NCBI GenBank assembly: GCA_937922005.1
Contig: CAKZWV010000060.1
Location: 1-62,763 of the forward strand
Length of the DNA stretch: 62,763 bases
Direction: 5' to 3'
Origin: an uncultured Clostridia bacterium
GTDB lineage: Bacteria; Bacillota; Clostridia; Saccharofermentanales; DTU023
The position numbers and the translations under genes were made by a program. Of the stretch, positions 59,107-62,763 are shown piece by piece (position 1 is the stretch's first letter; each line of letters starts with the position of its first letter). The notes beneath the pieces were generated by a model. It was not told the DNA's origin. It ran no database searches and saw only the letters and a program-made list of their open reading frames with translations.

Positions 59107-61413
59107 ATGGCAAAGAAAAATAAAAAACAAACGAACCAAAGAGAAAATCAAAATCAGACCCTCGACAAGGCATCACCCCAGACGACGAATAGCAAAGGGC
59201 AAGCAAAGAAAAACAACCAAAGAGACGACCAAAATATAACCAGCAAATTAGTCCGTCACGGGCGTAGTGGCAAGGCCTTCACACGAGAGGCCATTGTCAG
59301 CATCTACCGAACCTACATGCGCCAAGACCTTTGGACGGTTCTGCTCGCAGTAGTTTTCATTGGCATTTCCCAATATGCTATGACTTATGGGACCTCCCTG
59401 CTCAAGCCGATCATCAATAGCACCATCGCACTCATGGGTAAGGAGGCTGGCGACCAGGCTACAGGAGAGGCCCTAGGCTTCCTTATCGGGAAGATGGCCC
59501 TCTTCATGCTGACCTCTGCTTTTCTTGACTTTTACACTGCCCGCACCATGAGCAAATTTTCCACCCGGGTTAGCTACCGGATGCGCGAGGGTCTCTTCAA
59601 ACAAATCCAGCAGATGCCCTTATCTTTTTACGACGAGTATAAGCCGGGTGAAGTGATGAGCTCTTTTACCAATGATATTTTTAACATCGCCGATGCCCTC
59701 CAAGAGCCCCTGCCCAATACCATTTCATCACTATTTTTCATCATCATTACGATCATCTTTATGCTCATCTTGAGCCCGATCATGACCCTTATCATGCTTT
59801 CGATGATGGGATTATTTGTTCTATTGGTGGTGCGACTTGGGAAGGCCAGTGCTAAAAACTTCAGCGCTTCTCAGGCTGGCTTGGCCGACCTGACAGCCTA
59901 TATCACGGAGTACCTCCAAGGGCAAAAGGTCATCAAAAACTTTAATCAAGAGGCTAAGATCCAGGAAGGGATGGACGGCTACATCAAACGTTATGCCAAA
60001 GAGCGCCACCAGGCTACGGCTGCCGCCACGATTATTTTCCCCATTTCCCGGATCATGACCATTCTTATCTTTGCGGCGATGGCTGTGATCGGGTCGATTT
60101 TTATCATCAAGCAGAAATTTGGCATGGATATCGGTACCCTGGTTACTACCCTCCAATACACCAACTCATTCACGGGGCCCGTCATGAACATGGCCGGCCA
60201 GATCCAGACTATCATCATGGCTCTGACCTCCATCCAACGAATTTACAACTACCTCATCCAGTCCCCTGAACAAGATTTAGGCCGTATTCTTGCCGTCCAA
60301 GCAAATACTCCCGCCCTCACCCCCGCTTCTCCTGATTTTTCTGCTTCCCCAGCATCGACCGACTTCACTGCAACCCCCTCCGCCCCCGCATCTCGCCTGA
60401 ACAAGGGCCGCCGCTACTGGATGATCAAAAAGACGGATTTGGAAGCTTTGGATCGAGATCTTAAAGAAAAAGAATCCAAGTCCGGTTTTGTCGTGACTCA
60501 GTGGGAGAAGCAGCGCCAGGAGCTCAACCAGCTCCGCCAGCTCTTCAAGGAAGCCGATGATCCTGCCTATGGGGATGATTTGCTCGCCCCACCAACGATC
60601 TTTAATCATCTTAGCCTAGAGAGCAAGATTGGCAATCAGGAGACCGTTGATGATCCCCAGTCCTATCTTTTTGCCCCTCTCGAAGGCAAGGTGGAGTTTC
60701 AGAATGTCAGTTTTGCCTATCAGGATGATGACTATGTACTCCGCAATCTCAGCTTTGTTGCCGAACCTGGTCGCCGGGTTGCCTTTGTTGGCAAAACTGG
60801 GTCCGGCAAAACAACTGTCGTTAAGCTCTTAGCCCGCTACTACGAGATATCTGAGGGGGAGATTTTCCTTGATGGGATCAATACCAAGCTGATTGCCAAG
60901 CCCAGCCTTCGGGGTCAAATTGGGATGGTTAGCCAAGAGCAACATATGTTCTCGGGTACCATCGCCGACAACATCGCCTATGGCCGTCTCAACGCTTCCC
61001 AGGAAGATATCGAAGCAGCCGCCAGCCTGGTCGGAGCGGACTATTTCATTCGCCGCCTCGATGATGGCTACCAGACCCATATCAGCTCTGATGAAAGCAT
61101 GGCCCTTTCCCGCGGACAAATGCAGCTCATCTCTATTGCCCGGGCCGACATTAAAAATCCCAGCATCCTCGTCCTTGACGAAGCAACCTCCTCGGTTGAC
61201 ACCCTCACCGAGCAAAAGATCGGCAAGGCCATGGACGAGATGATGAAGCAAAGGACCGTCATCGCCATTGCCCACCGGCTCAGTACCGTCATGGACAGCC
61301 ACGAAATCATCTACCTCGACGAAGGCCAAGTCTGTGAACGGGGCAACCACGACACCCTCATGGCCCTCCAAGGCAAATACTATCTCCTCAACCGTGGTGC
61401 TGTCCTTGAGTAA
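59107..61413 (+). CDS. ABC transporter ATP-binding/permease protein with ~120-aa in-frame insertion between TMD and NBD (heterodimer partner)
   Basis: Walker A 'GKTGSGKTT', signature 'LSRGQMQLI' and Walker B 'LVLDEA'. The insertion 'QANTPALTPASPDFS...' carries the dispersed motif GCAAATACTCCC. Confidence 0.8.
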   Translation: MAKKNKKQTNQRENQNQTLDKASPQTTNSKGQAKKNNQRDDQNITSKLVRHGRSGKAFTREAIVSIYRTYMRQDLWTVLLAVVFIGISQYAMTYGTSLLKPIINSTIALMGKEAGDQATGEALGFLIGKMALFMLTSAFLDFYTARTMSKFSTRVSYRMREGLFKQIQQMPLSFYDEYKPGEVMSSFTNDIFNIADALQEPLPNTISSLFFIIITIIFMLILSPIMTLIMLSMMGLFVLLVVRLGKASAKNFSASQAGLADLTAYITEYLQGQKVIKNFNQEAKIQEGMDGYIKRYAKERHQATAAATIIFPISRIMTILIFAAMAVIGSIFIIKQKFGMDIGTLVTTLQYTNSFTGPVMNMAGQIQTIIMALTSIQRIYNYLIQSPEQDLGRILAVQANTPALTPASPDFSASPASTDFTATPSAPASRLNKGRRYWMIKKTDLEALDRDLKEKESKSGFVVTQWEKQRQELNQLRQLFKEADDPAYGDDLLAPPTIFNHLSLESKIGNQETVDDPQSYLFAPLEGKVEFQNVSFAYQDDDYVLRNLSFVAEPGRRVAFVGKTGSGKTTVVKLLARYYEISEGEIFLDGINTKLIAKPSLRGQIGMVSQEQHMFSGTIADNIAYGRLNASQEDIEAAASLVGADYFIRRLDDGYQTHISSDESMALSRGQMQLISIARADIKNPSILVLDEATSSVDTLTEQKIGKAMDEMMKQRTVIAIAHRLSTVMDSHEIIYLDEGQVCERGNHDTLMALQGKYYLLNRGAVLE

Positions 61414-61604
61414 GCCATATGTTTTGGCTACAGAAATGCCTCCTGTAGCCTCATTATTCCCCAATCATGTGCTGTCCTTGAGTAAACCATATGAGCTCTA
61501 TGAGCTCCCCAACAGAGGTGTTACCCCTAAGGAAGCTGCGTAAACCGCCTCAATTTACCTTATATCGACCGAATGTCTTGATTCTAATATTTTTTCTTTT
61601 TTCC

Positions 61605-61633
61605 TTGACAAATATTCCCGCATCCGTTATAAT
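61605..61633 (+). promoter_or_regulatory. consensus sigma-70 promoter (TTGACA-17-TATAAT) driving the tRNA-Arg gene
   Basis: ttgaca at 61605-61610, a 17-nt spacer, then tataat at 61628-61633. Confidence 0.7.
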
Positions 61634-61707
61634 GTCCCTTGTACTCGATTCTGAGCTTTCCCTTTGCCCCGGATCAAAGGCTGATTATGCTCGGTTGAGT
61701 GCGATAA

Positions 61708-61784
<77 letters not shown>

Positions 61785-61788
61785 CATG

Positions 61789-61822
61789 AAAACCCCGTAA
61801 GCGAATGCTTACGGGGTTTTTC
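61789..61822 (+). terminator. rho-independent terminator after tRNA-Arg
   Basis: CCCCGTAAGC-GAAT-GCTTACGGGG followed by TTTTT. Confidence 0.85.
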
Positions 61823-62081
61823 TTTTTCTTTCACAGATTTGACTGAGTGTGCCGAGGCTAGTTACCATATAGAAGCAACTACCGGGTTTTCTTTCTTTGC
61901 CACAGACCTGACTGCGAGGGGAGGAGCTGAAGCGACCAGCCTTGCAAGGCGTTTTTTCTTCCACGACCAACAGCTTAGCCATGAGTATATAAGCATCTAG
62001 AATGACGCACCTGCCAGGGGTGCGTCGAGAGTAGGACTGAGGTACGACTCAAAAAGGTCCCGCCTTACAGCGAGACCTTAA

Positions 62082-62763
62082 ATTTTCAATCCACGCACCC
62101 GCAAGGGGTGCGAAGTATGGTTCTGAAAATCATACTATACCAATGTTAATTTCAATCCACGTATTCACCTAGAATTCGAAGGAATTTTATCCTGTTTTCC
62201 AGTCTACCACGTAACGATGTAAAAGTGCAATTGGTCAAGAAGAGATCAACGTAAGGTCAAAGGTAGATACTTTACAAGCGGTGCACGGACTAGGGATGAT
62301 GTCCAATAAAGTGTGGGTGCGACTTGGGAATTGGTAAGATATAGATAAACTAGAGAGAGGATTTCAATCCACGCACCCGCAAGGGGTGCGACGACCCTAA
62401 CCTCTTTAATCGATGAGCACCTCCGGATTTCAATCCACGCACCCGCAAGGGGTGCGACGCGACACCATCACGCCCAGCAAGTGCCACGGCTCATTTCAAT
62501 CCACGCACCCGCAAGGGGTGCGACCTCCGATATGCTCCAGGGGATTGGGGCAACGGAGATTTCAATCCACGCACCCGCAAGGGGTGCGACAACAACTCCG
62601 GGGATGTTGGGGAGGTCGGCTGGCAATTTCAATCCACGCACCCGCAAGGGGTGCGACTTTCTCCACTGCTCCGGGCGACGATTTTTGAGAAAATTTCAAT
62701 CCACGCACCCGCAAGGGGTGCGACAGAAACCCTATTCAATGCCCGTATCTCTTACAGGATTTC
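62082..62763 (-). CRISPR. CRISPR array, type I-C-like 32-bp repeat (GTCGCACCCCTTGCGGGTGCGTGGATTGAAAT in the inferred transcription orientation); 7 intact repeats + 2 decayed distal repeats; truncated by window end
   Basis: Perfect repeats at 62360, 62426, 62492, 62558, 62625, 62692 and 62758 (partial), with 34-35-bp unique spacers. Degenerate repeats at 62082 and 62148, and a palindromic relic at 62004-62026. The repeat ends in ATTGAAAT on the minus strand, which puts the leader and cas genes beyond the 3' edge of the window. Confidence 0.85.

Overview
This 62.8-kb window looks like a Firmicutes-type chromosome region (GGAGG Shine-Dalgarno sites; the metG-tatD, cysS-mrnC-rlmB and ribD-E-BA-H gene orders), GC about 50%, and is mostly housekeeping and cell-envelope genes. 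Recognisable genes are metG, a tatD-like hydrolase, an FMN-riboswitch-controlled rib operon, metK, comFC, cysS, mrnC, rlmB, two tRNA-Arg genes and a heterodimeric ABC exporter. Recognisable systems are a Tad/Flp-type pilus locus with an FHA protein (tadZ-like, tadA, fused tadB/C, flp), a PadR-DUF1700-DUF4097 module and a TusA-YeeE sulfur-uptake pair. Surface and secreted proteins include two CAP/SCP-domain proteins, SIMPL, SPFH, SBP-5 and several lipoproteins. The 3' end carries the distal, partly decayed end of a type I-C-like CRISPR array (32-bp repeats, seven intact spacers). No cas genes, transposases or integrases are in the window. Things worth follow-up are listed here. (1) An 11-mer, GGGAGTATTTG, occurs at least 12 times, often as inverted pairs, with three copies inserted in-frame inside ribD, ribE and an ABC transporter; it looks like a dispersed palindromic element of the RPE/MITE type. 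(2) A same-strand cluster runs macro-HTH, standalone vWA, then two paralogous zinc-ribbon membrane proteins flanking a 57-aa signal-peptide micro-ORF that is not in the ORF track. (3) An activase plus 2-hydroxyacyl-CoA-dehydratase-family (double-cubane-like) pair is embedded with a cysteine-desulfurase-like enzyme, DUF3343 and a threonine-aldolase-type lyase. There are also several tandem-repeat and hairpin oddities and a G9 tract inside a surface-protein gene. Many conserved genes carry low-complexity in-frame insertions or extensions.
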